64,000 nt of DNA from Balanoglossus misakiensis. Lineage: Eukaryota > Animalia > Hemichordata. The notes under the pieces were generated by a model. The model worked only from the letters and a program-made list of their open reading frames with translations. It ran no database searches and was not told the DNA's origin. The stretch is from assembly GCA_040954595.2 (NCBI GenBank), contig CM082586.2:2795124-2859123 (forward strand). The letters run 5' to 3'. This document shows, piece after piece, positions 13,201 through 23,630 of the stretch; positions within the stretch are counted from its first letter, which is position 1; each line of letters starts with the position of its first letter. A program made the translations under genes and the position numbers.

Positions 13201-16200
13201 GCGCATGTTCACAACCAACAAGGATTACTATTGTTGGTGACGAAGAAGTGACTGTGACGTCACCAGATTATCCTAACATCTACCCCAGTTATGCAGATTG
13301 TCGATGGTTTATAACAGCGGATTCCAATTCTGACATCCAGGTATAGTCTCTGTTACCCCAAGGTCAAGTTCCTCCGAGAAAGTGTTTGGTCGGACTTCTT
13401 TTCTGCAAATTGTGTCATTAAGATGTGTTACCAAGCAGATGTGATCTTATACACGTTCTTTTAACCTTATATGGGCATATTAAAATTAAAAGTGAATGTA
13501 TCCTTTGAACGTATAGGTTACGATCAATTACGTTGATCTGGAAAACTGTTGTGCAGATGTCTATATTGGAACAGGCGATACCATCGGAAACAATGACTTG
13601 TTCACGATAACTAACGACATGTCTAGATCTACGGTTGCCGAGTCCAACGAAGTGTGGATTCAGTTTGACAGTTCTGCAAGTGAAGTGAGGCAAGGAAAAG
13701 GTTTCAGCATCGCGTTAAGGGGACAGCCTAAAGGTAGGTTTCCTAGGGGGGCTTGGGACCTTTTAGAAGTATCGATCTTAATTCTTTCAGAGTATGAGAA
13801 TAGCACTCCTGCCAATATAAATATTCTGGTTAGATTAGAATTGATGGTGTAATCCTTTGAATATGCCACAGCGCGACACAAATGATCTACAGTTACAATA
13901 TGCCAGATGTTTTCCAAATGATCAACATGAAATGCGGAAAAGCTCAACTTTCAATCTATTTTCCTCTAAGTTTCTACAGCTAATTCATGGCGAGACGACG
14001 TACAGTGCGGTACATGGTTCGAGGCGCCAAATGGAGTACATCCGGCAGAATGTGACCCGCACGGAATTTATCCTTGCTGTTCAACGGCCAACTGGTGTGG
14101 AATCAGCGATGACCACTGCAAATGCTATGGATGTATTGATTATAGGGAAGTGTATGGAGGTGAGTTGATGATGCATAGATTGTGCATAGATTCGCATCCG
14201 CATCCATCGTACCACTTTGAAAGCATACTCCGTGTGATACCAATCATGTTGTCTATCCTCTTCCTAGTAACCGAGTCGCCTGTCGATGCGTGTTCAGAAC
14301 CGAAAAGGATAACTATTGTTGGTGACGAAGAAGTGACTGTGACGTCACCAGATTATCCTAACATCTACCCCAGTTATGCAGATTGTCGATGGTTTATAAC
14401 AGCGGATGCCAATTCAGACATCCAGGTATAGTCTCTTTTACCTCAAGGTCAAGTTCCTCCGAGAAAGTGTTTGGTCGGACTTCTTTTCTGCAAATTGTGT
14501 CATTAAGATGTGTTACCAAGCAGATGTGATCTTATACACGTTCTTTTAACCTTATATGGGCATATTAAAATTAAAAGTGAATGTATCCTTTGAACGTATA
14601 GGTTACGATCAATTACGTTGATCTGGAAAACTGTTGTGCAGATGTCTACATTGGAACAGGCGATACCATCGGAAACAATGACTTGTTCACGATAACTAAC
14701 GACATGTCTAGATCTACGGTTGCCGAATCCAACGAAGTGTGGATCCAGTTTGACAGTTCTGCAAGTGAAGTGAAGCAAGGAACAGGTTTCAGCATCACGT
14801 TAAGGGGACAGCCTAAGCCTAAAGGTGGGTTTTCTACGTGGTCTTTGGGACATTTTAGAAGTATCGATCTTATTTCTTTCAGAGTATGAGAATCGCACTT
14901 CTGCCAATATCAATATTCTGATTAGTTTAGACTTGATGATGTAATCCTTTGAATATGCCACAGCGCGACACAAATGATCTACAGTTACAATATGCCCTAT
15001 GTTTTCCAAATGATCAACATGAAATGCGGAACCGGAAAAGCTCAACTTTCACTCCATTTTCAACTAAGTTTCTACAGCTAATTCATGGCGAGACGACGTA
15101 CAGTGCGGTACATGGTTCGAGGCGCCAAATGGAGTACATCCGGCAGAATGTGACCCACACGGAATTTATCCTTGCTGTTCAACGGCCAACTGGTGTGGAA
15201 TCAGCGATGACCACTGCAAATGCTACGGATGCATTGATTATAGGGAAGTGTATGGAGGTGAGTTGACAATGAATAGACTGGGCTCTAGACTTATGGAAAG
15301 GGCGTGTTAAACGTTCTTCGCATCCGCATCCATCGTATCACTTTGAAAGCATACTCCGTGTGATTCCAACCATGTTGTTATTCCTCTTCCTAGTAACCGA
15401 GTCGCCTGTCGATGCGTGTTCAGAACCGAAAAGGATAACTATTGTTGGTGACGAAGAAGTGACTGTGACGTCACCAGATTATCCCAACTTCTACCCCAGT
15501 TATGCAGACTGCCGATGGTTTATAACAGCGGATTCCAATTCTGACATCCAGGTAAAGTCATATTTACTTCATGGACAAATTCCTCCGAGAAAGTGTTTGG
15601 TCGGACTCGGACCTCTTGCTGCAAAGCGTGTGATTGAGATGTTGGCATACGTAAGTAAAGAGTGGTTGTATCCTTTGAACTTATAGGTTACTGTCAATGA
15701 CGTCGATCTGGAAAACTGTTGTGCAGATGTCTACATTGGAACAGGCGATACCATCAGAAACAATGAATTGTTCACGATAACCAACGACATGTCAAGATCA
15801 ACAGTTGCCGAGTCCAACGAAGTGTGGATCCAATTTGACAGTTCTGCAACTGGCGTGGAACGAGGGACAGGTTTTAGCATCACGTTAAAGGGACAGCCTA
15901 AAGGTGGGTTTCCTAGGGGGCCTTTGGGACTTATAGGTGCGTTGATCTGGCCCTCTTCGCTCATATGCTGAAAAATCGCACTCCCGCTCCAAAATCACTG
16001 TGCCGTTTGCGTAAGGTTTCTGGGTATAATCTTGGGATACCGATATTCAACTCTGGAGGACACGCGTGTTCCTAATTACCAACAGCACTGGTGGAGAATC
16101 TCGCATTACCAATCTTTTTCAACTTCCACTTTCTTGAAGGACCGTCTTGGCGAGAGGACCTTCAATGCGGTGGGGGATGGACAGTACCAAATGGAGTTTC

Positions 16201-19200
16201 CCCGGCTGAGTGTGACCCCTATGGAATCTATCCCTGCTGCTCGACGACCAACCGATGCGGGATCAGCGATGACCACTGCAAATGCGACGGTTGCATTGAT
16301 TACAGAGAGACCTACAACGGTATACTCATAATATGATACGACTTTGATGCTCGGTACACAAAAAGGGCAGTGGATGAAACGACGTCTCACTTACTCAAGA
16401 CGTTTGTTTCCTCAAACATGTCTTTTGCGACTGTCTTGTGCACATATCAGATGGTACTTTTAGGTTTCTTGTGAGTCCTGGTTCCACTGTTTAACGGCAG
16501 AGCTCGGAAATCGTAATGATTTAGCAGACCTTTTTACGCAACACTCCGTTAACGCCAGTCAAATGGCATACGCTTTAGTAAACGATTGAATAGAATCCAA
16601 TGTATTTTTTCTCCAGTTGGTGACGAATCGCCTGTCGCCGCTTGCAGTGAAGTTAAACATCTCCAAATTCCGAAAGGCGGAGAGGTCAACATAACGACCC
16701 CTGGCTACCCCGGCGTCTATCCAAATTCTGCCAACTGTCGATGGATGGTTTCAACAGAAGACCCGAATGATTACATTGAGGTAACAAGAAGTTAAAAACG
16801 TATAATGGCGAGGGTACTGAATCAGATGTATACCTAGCAATGGTGACCCTCTGTCTGTCAACTTTGTTGGCTGTATCTGGCGAGGCAGCACGTGATAGAC
16901 TGAATGAATGAGCCACTGTCACTCTAGGTTTATGAGGTTTCCTTTCTGTTGATTGCAGATCCAGGTTGACAGAGTTACTATGGAACCTCGCGACACAACT
17001 TATGTGGGAATAGGGCCAAGGTTCGGTTACGATGGTGTACTTCGTGTAGAAGGAAATGTCGGACCTATAAGACATACAGTGCGGCTGTCGAAAGTTTGGG
17101 TCCAATTTCAATCGGACAACAATTATGCGTATCAAGGTTTCCTCATGACCTTAAGAAGTAAGATACCAGGTAAATGCATTTGCATAGGTGACTTTAAAGG
17201 TTCTAGCTTTCAAAGTCATATTTTTAGTCGATGCGACGATAATTTCTCATTATTAATTAACAATTATTGTAATTTATCCCTCCGACATCACTGGCTGGTT
17301 GGGGGCCGGGCCACTTGCCTGGCTGCCGACAACCCATCAGAACATGCAATATAAACCAAGCAAAAAAAAACAAATCTTGATCCAGATATAATATATCGGC
17401 ATTATTTATGATGATAACCTGAAGTCCTCACCATTTTTTTGCACTGCAGATCCAGAGCCGAGAGAGATAGGTACCGGAAGTGCATGTTGGTCCGTGGAGA
17501 ACGTTCAGTTATCAGACAGGGATATTTTCCGAATAAGTTCTCCGGGCTACCCGTCAGAGTATCCCGATGATGCAACCTGCAAGTGGTTACTCTCGACCAC
17601 CAGTCCGAACATCAGGATGAAGGTAGGTCTCCTGATTCTTTGAAGTGGTTTACTATGAAAGAGGTAGAAGTTTTCACCACCTAGGCGAGTGATAAAAATC
17701 TCGTGTGGTCACGATGGCGGATTGCTGCCATATTTGGTAAATATGAGCAGGAAAAATATCAAAAGAAATGTCAACGAGTTCTAATTATGAAGACGGAACG
17801 TGTAAACAATGTTCTGTGCATGTGCTGCAAATATGCGCTACGATTCGACGCGCACCTAGTAGGCTAGTATGTGGACACAACGTTACGTGCAAATACTGTC
17901 GTAACATATCAGCTTCATACACAGGCATATTATGTCCTCACAGCGATAACAACGCAAACATATATAAACGTTGATGTACAATGTGATTGCAGGTTGAGTT
18001 CTTGGCATTCAGTACTGAAGAAGATGGCGATATACTGGAGATTGGAAGCGGTGATACATTTGACGAGAATCGTATCATTTCAGCATCGGGCAGAGATTAC
18101 TCGGGATATGTTCCACCGCCGATAACAGACACGTACACAAACTTGTGGATGAAATTTGAGAGTGACTGGGTCTTGTCGGGTACTGGATTTCAGGTGGAAG
18201 TTACAACTGTGGTGGAATGTACGTATTGAACACAAGAGACCAGACCAGAATTCAGACAATGGACTTGGATTCAATTGAATTGAACAGGATAGATAAAATG
18301 GGACCGTATATATGAATTGAATAGAATTACAGTATAAAACAAGACATTATAAAGTAGAATAAAACAGTATACATAGTACAATACAATACAATACATAACA
18401 ATACTGTACAATATTGCAATGTTAATTGGGCGTGGTTACTGGTACTTGACTTCAAAGCTTATTTTCCATTGCACCAACTAAAGGACAATGATGTCATTGC
18501 TTCTAGATCCAGAAGACCCTGTCTGTACAAGTCGCTGGTCAAACAAATCGGGTCCTGGGGATGACGCCCAGGCGGAAGTTGAATGTGAAGACGACGAGAA
18601 GATGACGTCATGCAACAGTGCGACGAGCGACAGAGAGTCGCACGGCACAAGGGATGGCGAAAGGATTGACTACGTGACACTCAAGCCCAAGTGTGTGGCT
18701 CAAAACGGAGCCGGTGGATTGGGTATGCAGGTTTTCTATTTACTATCTGGATACCGTGCGATTTTCTGATGATTTTCACCACATTGCGAGATCTCGCGAG
18801 ACTTGGTTTATTACTGTAGTACAAGTCGAGCATTCTATCAAATAAGACCAGGTGGAGATTTAAACAAAACTAACTTTAAACTTTCACATGAATATCCTCC
18901 GATATAAACTGCCCAGCTACGTGAGATCTCGCGGGGTTCGGGAAATGGTATATTGCTCAATGATAGTACATGTTTTTCATCCCTGTTTTCCATTTCAGGT
19001 GTATATGCTGTAGCTAGATGCTGCAAGTGGCGTGGACTCCAGTGTTACTACACCGATTCGACCCAGAAGTCCGGCACTGAAGACGACGACACGGCAGAGG
19101 CGATGTGTGAAGGAAACATCAATGGCCTCCCTGTCAAAACCGTCGGTAAGACTTCTAATTTATCTTAATCCATGAGGTACAAGTAATAAGCCTTGATTTT

Positions 19201-20263
19201 GATAGACACGAGGTTCTTTTGGGGATCATTTTCTTTACTAAAAACAATGTATTTGTCCACAGGTTGTATGGCGCATACACTTGGACAGTGGCTTGATGGA
19301 GCTCGACCGTGGTCTAATTCAGACGATTTTACACCCAATCTGCAAAGTCCCTTCTCGGCGAACGGCTGCGTGGCACAGAATGGCATTTACGGCGACGGTC
19401 AGTGCTTCATCAAATATCTTTCTTTCTCTGACACCACTGCTTTGCAATGTTTATGGCCAATTGGGATACTAGTTATAGATATACGCTCTAGACCAGATGG
19501 CTGGCTGGCTGGATGGATGGATGGATCGACGGATTTTATATGATGGGTATACACAAACGGATTAGAATCTCCACAAACTCAGGATAAGGATCAGGGGCAA
19601 AATATCCTACATACGGGGCAGCTACTGTGGCTTTATCCGTTCAGAAAAATCTCCCTCCTGTACATATATTATATGTTACCCCCACGCAGGTGTTTGGGCT
19701 GGTGCAGCCTGCTGCAGTGCACCTGGTTTGCGGTGCCAGCACGTCTATTCTGAGAGAAGTCCAGGTGTTTCCAATGGCGTGGCGTTCGTCCGATGTGACG
19801 AGGGTTGGATAATGACAGGGTGTAGCGTGTTCACCTACTGGGGTGTCACTGATGGAGCTTACATTACTGGTAAGAAATTTCAGACATTTAAATAAAAGTG
19901 CTGTTAATTGTACCATTTTATAACAGTTAGCACATTAAACTCATTCAATTTGTTTCCCTTTTTGTTTGTTTTTTCTGTCACAAAGTCTCTGAACGACCAA
20001 GTTTCACTCTAGCTTTGAAATTCTATCGGCAATCTTGGAATTCTCGACCATGCGAGATTTTAATCGCTCACCTAGGTAGCCAACACCTATTTAAGGTAGC
20101 GAGAATTGAAAGTACAATCAGTAACTTAACATGAACATCCCTTCTGTTTCTCTAATCAGCTGACGGTACATGCAAGGCGATAAATGGCGGCCAAGCGAGC
20201 ATGGGCAACAACACACGCGGTGTCTGGGCAGTTGCCATCTGCTGCAAGGGCAGCGAGGACTGA
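7261..20263 (+). CDS. Secreted mosaic multi-lectin protein (~1822 aa, 30 exons): SP-CTL-Kringle x2-FTP-hevein-like-FTP-(hevein-like-CUB)x4-CUB-PCSK9-type C-terminal domain
   Basis: Exons 7261-7351, 8415-8576, 8700-8850, 9073-9137, 9289-9558, 9973-10218, 10471-10695, 10851-11069, 11321-11524, 11736-11954, 12288-12500, 12713-12889, 13183-13340, 13517-13733, 13980-14159, 14268-14425, 14602-14824, 15078-15257, 15394-15551, 15687-15903, 16140-16319, 16617-16780, 16959-17169, 17450-17622, 17993-18218, 18507-18722, 18999-19145, 19263-19397, 19690-19869, 20160-20263. All are GT-AG and phase-compatible (5469 nt). Signal-like N-terminus MAREQQKFFALLLVSFALIPHVKLS. Ends AVAICCKGSED*. AATAAA at ~20552. 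Confidence 0.85.
8415..9137 (+). other. C-type lectin domain (3 exons) with EPN and WND motifs
   Basis: TWKEAYDLC..LAKV; FWIDLRDTDEEGVW..WTAGEPNN..ENCA; WNDLKCKSRIYFIC. Confidence 0.9.
9289..10218 (+). other. Two kringle domains, one per exon (9289-9558, 9973-10218)
   Basis: CY..G.DY.G..G..CQ.W..HNYCRNP..WCYTT.P..RW(E/Q)YC in both exons. Confidence 0.92.
10471..12500 (+). other. Two F-type lectin (fucolectin/FTP) domains (10471-11069, 11736-12500) separated by a hevein-like exon (11321-11524)
   Basis: N(I/L)ALNK..SQSS..AVDG..C(T/S)HT..PWWKVDL..V.ITNRR(D/E)CC..ERLEGA..LTLCEVEV. Confidence 0.9.
12713..15910 (+). repeat. Tandem triplication (~1.1-kb unit) of hevein-like + two CUB exons, including the introns
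   Basis: Equivalent donors at 13340, 14425 and 15551. Introns 13341-13516 and 14426-14601 are almost identical, as are 13734-13979 and 14825-15077. Confidence 0.9.
13008..13036. repeat. (CCAAG)n pentanucleotide repeat
   Basis: Read directly from the sequence; lies in an intron of the mosaic gene. Confidence 0.85.
18507..20263 (+). other. PCSK9-type C-terminal cysteine-rich (resistin-like) domain, modules M1-M3
   Basis: Three 6-Cys modules. M1: CTSRWSNKSGP..VECEDDEKMTSCNS..RDGERI..CVAQNGAGGLGVYAVARCC. M2: CYY..AMC..VGCMAH..CVAQNG..GVWAGAACC. M3: SAPGLRC..VRCDEGWIMTGCS..GAY..GTC..VWAVAICC. These closely parallel the recalled human PCSK9 motifs CRTVWSAHSGP..GVYAIARCC, CCHAPGLEC..CEEGWTLTGCS..GAYA and VTAVAICC. 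Confidence 0.85.
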
Positions 20264-20922
20264 TCGTGTTCGGTGAAACAACGGGCTGGTTTAGATTTAG
20301 AACCCCAATATTAGTCGACATTTGTTAAATAGAATACTTTACGGTGTATCAACTGAATTTCTTTGGATTTCGTTTTACGCACACTTTATACTACTTATCT
20401 TATATACTCTTCAGTCCTACGTTTCGGGCGTTGCGTAACTTTACCACAACGCAGAAACGATATGCGACGTACAACGCAAAGATTATCGACCACAAATTGA
20501 GAACTCCTCCAAGGTGAGGCCATTGCATCACGCAGTGCAGCGGCCATGCAAAATAAACTCTCGCAGGAGATAACATAACAAACTTACCTCGTCTTGAATT
20601 TTGTCCAGAAACGCTGGCAAGTGTCGGTGATAGCTTATCCATTGAAATGTCGCTCCAACATCACCTGAGGTTTTCCTGTCGTATTCCGGGTATTCCACAC
20701 AAGCGACGCGATATACTAAAACTGTGACTTTCTCCGAAACTACATTCAGTCCAAATAAACGCCAATGGCATAAGGTTGTAAAGATGACCGCTTGGGAAAA
20801 AATTGAGTCTGTTTCTGTCTTTCTCCCTCGATACATGTCCCTGCATGGATTCAGCCTCGAGGTGTGCGCACGGCAAACTCCATTTTGTCTTTTTGTGATG
20901 GTAATAATCTCCCCCCCCCCCC

Positions 20923-21065
20923 CGGCTCGTTTGAGAGGGGCTGTCGTGCGTGTTGGGAACCAACCAGACTTCAGAAGCAAACACAGGTGCGCAGGTGCGC
21001 TCGGCTGGTCTGACGTCATCACTAGTGGGATATCTGTCGTGTGTGGCGCTGTACGTGGGCGTTTC
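20923..21065 (+). pseudogene. Orphan, decayed F-type lectin second-half exon fragment
   Basis: Translates ARLRGAVVRVGNQPDFRSKHRCAGALGWSDVITSGISVVCGAVRGRF, matching exons 10851 and 12288 (ERLEGAVVRVG..CG..ITIDCGGRFGRF). There is no AG acceptor (a poly-C run instead), the LTLCEVEV end is missing, and it lies downstream of the gene's stop. Confidence 0.65.
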
Positions 21066-21961
21066 CCAGCATGCAACTCGAAGGACACTACCAATTTTAA
21101 CATCGATGAGTGTATTTCACGGGACATGTCACCTTAATAAGGTGTTTCGCATTGCTTGCCGGTTTAAAAAGTCAACTTTAATTTTTCTTTGGTTCAAATA
21201 ATGACCCTTATGTATTTTGAAATTGGGTCAAAACCTTAACACATCACCAGTTTACAACGTCTGTGTAGAAAGCAAAAAAAAAAAAAAAAAAACCTCAAGC
21301 GGTATTCAAAGTACCCGTTTTCCATACGTCTCCCATCAAATCAATTCGGAATAATGTACGTGTCTGGCGAATTATTTCCTCCTTGTGAAATAGTGTAAGA
21401 AATTTTAAATGCAAATCATTCGACATTACTACCTGAGTGTTTGTTCCATCAACCCCTGGCTGTTGGAGGCCAAATTTGCATGGCACCGGCGGGCTGTTTA
21501 TCGGGACACCCGCGAGTTCATCTCGTGGTCGTGTCAGGTAACTTGACTTTGACCGCTAGATGAACTCAAATCATGCAAATGTTCTGGCCTACACGTTTGA
21601 TCATGTTTGGACGGTAATATTGCAGAGCGCCTGTAAACATGATAGTGTGTACAGTATAAGTTAAATTTTACTTACTACAGGGCCATGCAATCTTATCTTC
21701 AAAATAAATCACTTCTAAATAATTCTGAAATTGCATTCTTATCTTCAAAATAAACAAAAGTGTGCGGAATATCACTTTGACAAAATATTTAGCATCCCAT
21801 AAAACCTTTACGGCCCTGATAGAGGTCACGGTTTCGCCGGCCGCAGTCGAAAGGCCTTCCCAAAGTTCGGGCTCTCCTATCGTACAACCGCAGTCCGCAA
21901 GCCCACATCGGGACCGTAAAGAATAAAATAACACATATATCTTAGCATTGTTTCTTTCTTT

Positions 21962-23630
21962 TTAATAGTCTGGAACGAGGCTGATACCAGTCCTATTAAT
22001 ATACGTAATCAATTTGTGGGCACGTTTCTCCGTGACGTTAATGAGCTTTTCCACAAAAGGTCTTCCGCCTTGTTCTTCCCAGTACACTTTGTCAATGTAG
22101 AGAGACTGAAGCATCAGATCCTGGAATTTTCCAGATTTTAAAACCGATATTGGGTACTCGGGTATCCTGAAACAACATGAAAGAGATAAAAGTCTAGTAG
22201 ATATTCAGATGAACTATTCAAAATCTGTTTTTTTTTCTGCATCATACCGGTTATAAGTGAGATTCTAGTACAGTTTAGATTTTGGGATGATTGATCGATA
22301 CATGAATTGGATGGTCGGTCGTTTGAAAATCGCTCGCCCCTCTCTTCTCTCTCTCTCTCTCTCCATGTCGGTCACATCAGTTAAACTTACTCTTGAATTC
22401 CTTCTAGGAGCCTGTAATTCAAATGTTCGGCGCTTCTATTCAAATTAAAGACATTGTCAATAAAGACTAGACGACTTTCATCCTGCGTATGGGTGAATAT
22501 ATGAACCAAATGCTGGCGTTGTATGTCTATGCATTCGTTGTCATAGAGACCATTTGTAAAACACGGCTCGCCTTCGTCTCGGTCATAACCACAGAAACTT
22601 CTGTCGATACGGTCATGATTCTACAAAATGAAAAGAAAAGCTTGGTCAGTACATGCGCCCATATTACGAAATTTGAATTAGACAGTTTTTAAAAGAATTC
22701 AAAAAATATTTAACTTACTTGTAAAAGAAAGTCGTATATTGCTAATTTGCCCCACTCGATGTGTCTAATTTTTGCCGTGCAGTTAACATTTAGCTCCGAT
22801 TCTTCCATGTTTTCCCGCGCAAAGCAGCGATTGGCCAACTCCCGTTGGTAGTCGGTCCACCACAGGGACATAGAGTTCTGGTCTGGTTGGAGGGTTCCTG
22901 AATGGCGGATATGGGGATCCCACCAGACAATTGGCCGGCACTTGCCGTCCGAGAAGCGGCTCCCGAACGCCTCAAACACCGCGTCGTCTGTCTCGTTGCC
23001 GCCGAATCTTCTGGCCACGGTGGGTAGAACACGATTCAGACCAAGTACTCGATCTAGATGGAAAGCATACACCTCGTGGATGTCCTCAGCGCTTTTCTGC
23101 ACCCCGCACTGGTCCACACACTCTCCGAAGCTGTTAATCGCTGGTCCCCTGCTGTCTTCAAAGATTACCTCCTTGAGTCGTATGTGGCGATCGACCGAAA
23201 AGGCGCTGGAAATGTTCCCGTTTGACACCAGCTCCATCCTGAGAACATCGCTCCTGTCAAACCAGGGCGGAATATACGCATCGAACCGTAGATTCGAGTT
23301 GTTCTTTTTCCTGATTTCCCGCAGGAGGTCGCCGTCTTGCTCGTACACGAAGGGCGGTATCTCATCAACATCCACGTTCAATATTCGCTGAACTCTGTAG
23401 GCGCCGTCCCGGTTGGCCACAACGAACAGCTCTCCCGACGAAATCTGCCGGAGCGTCGCCGAAGGAACCACGCTGCTTTTTCCCGGTGAGTAGGTCACTG
23501 GAGAAGGCAGTATACTTGTGAAGTTTCCGTTCAGATATACTTGCAGCGTCACCAAGAGAATCAGAATCGCTGACACCAACAAAACTGCCCAAAATCTGTT
23601 CAGTGTTAACACTTTGGTCGCGGTAGCCAT
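21962..23630 (-). CDS. GASK1: FAM198/GASK1-family Golgi-associated kinase paralog (short stem), ~448 aa
   Basis: Exons 23630-22719, 22620-22391 and 22166-21962. N-terminal type II anchor FWAVLLVSAILILLVTLQVYL. Motifs CGVQK, EVYAFHLDRVLGLNRVLP, EWGKLAIYDFLLQ, HDRIDR, LVFIDN, LNYRLLEGI, LQSLYIDKVYWEEQGG. Confidence 0.9.

Larger units (their letters stand above)
12713..18218 (+). other. Array of four hevein-like/CUB pairs plus a fifth CUB domain
   Basis: Hevein-like exons: WR.D.QCG..AECDP.GIYPCCS..(W/R)CGIS.DHC.C.GCIDYR. CUB exons: (T/S)SP.YP..YP..A.C.W / (V/L)W..F.S..GF. Confidence 0.85.

Noticed and set aside
7261-20263. Calling the mosaic gene PCSK9, plasminogen/apolipoprotein(a) or cubilin
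   Set aside because: No subtilase, trypsin or EGF domains were found; only individual modules are shared.
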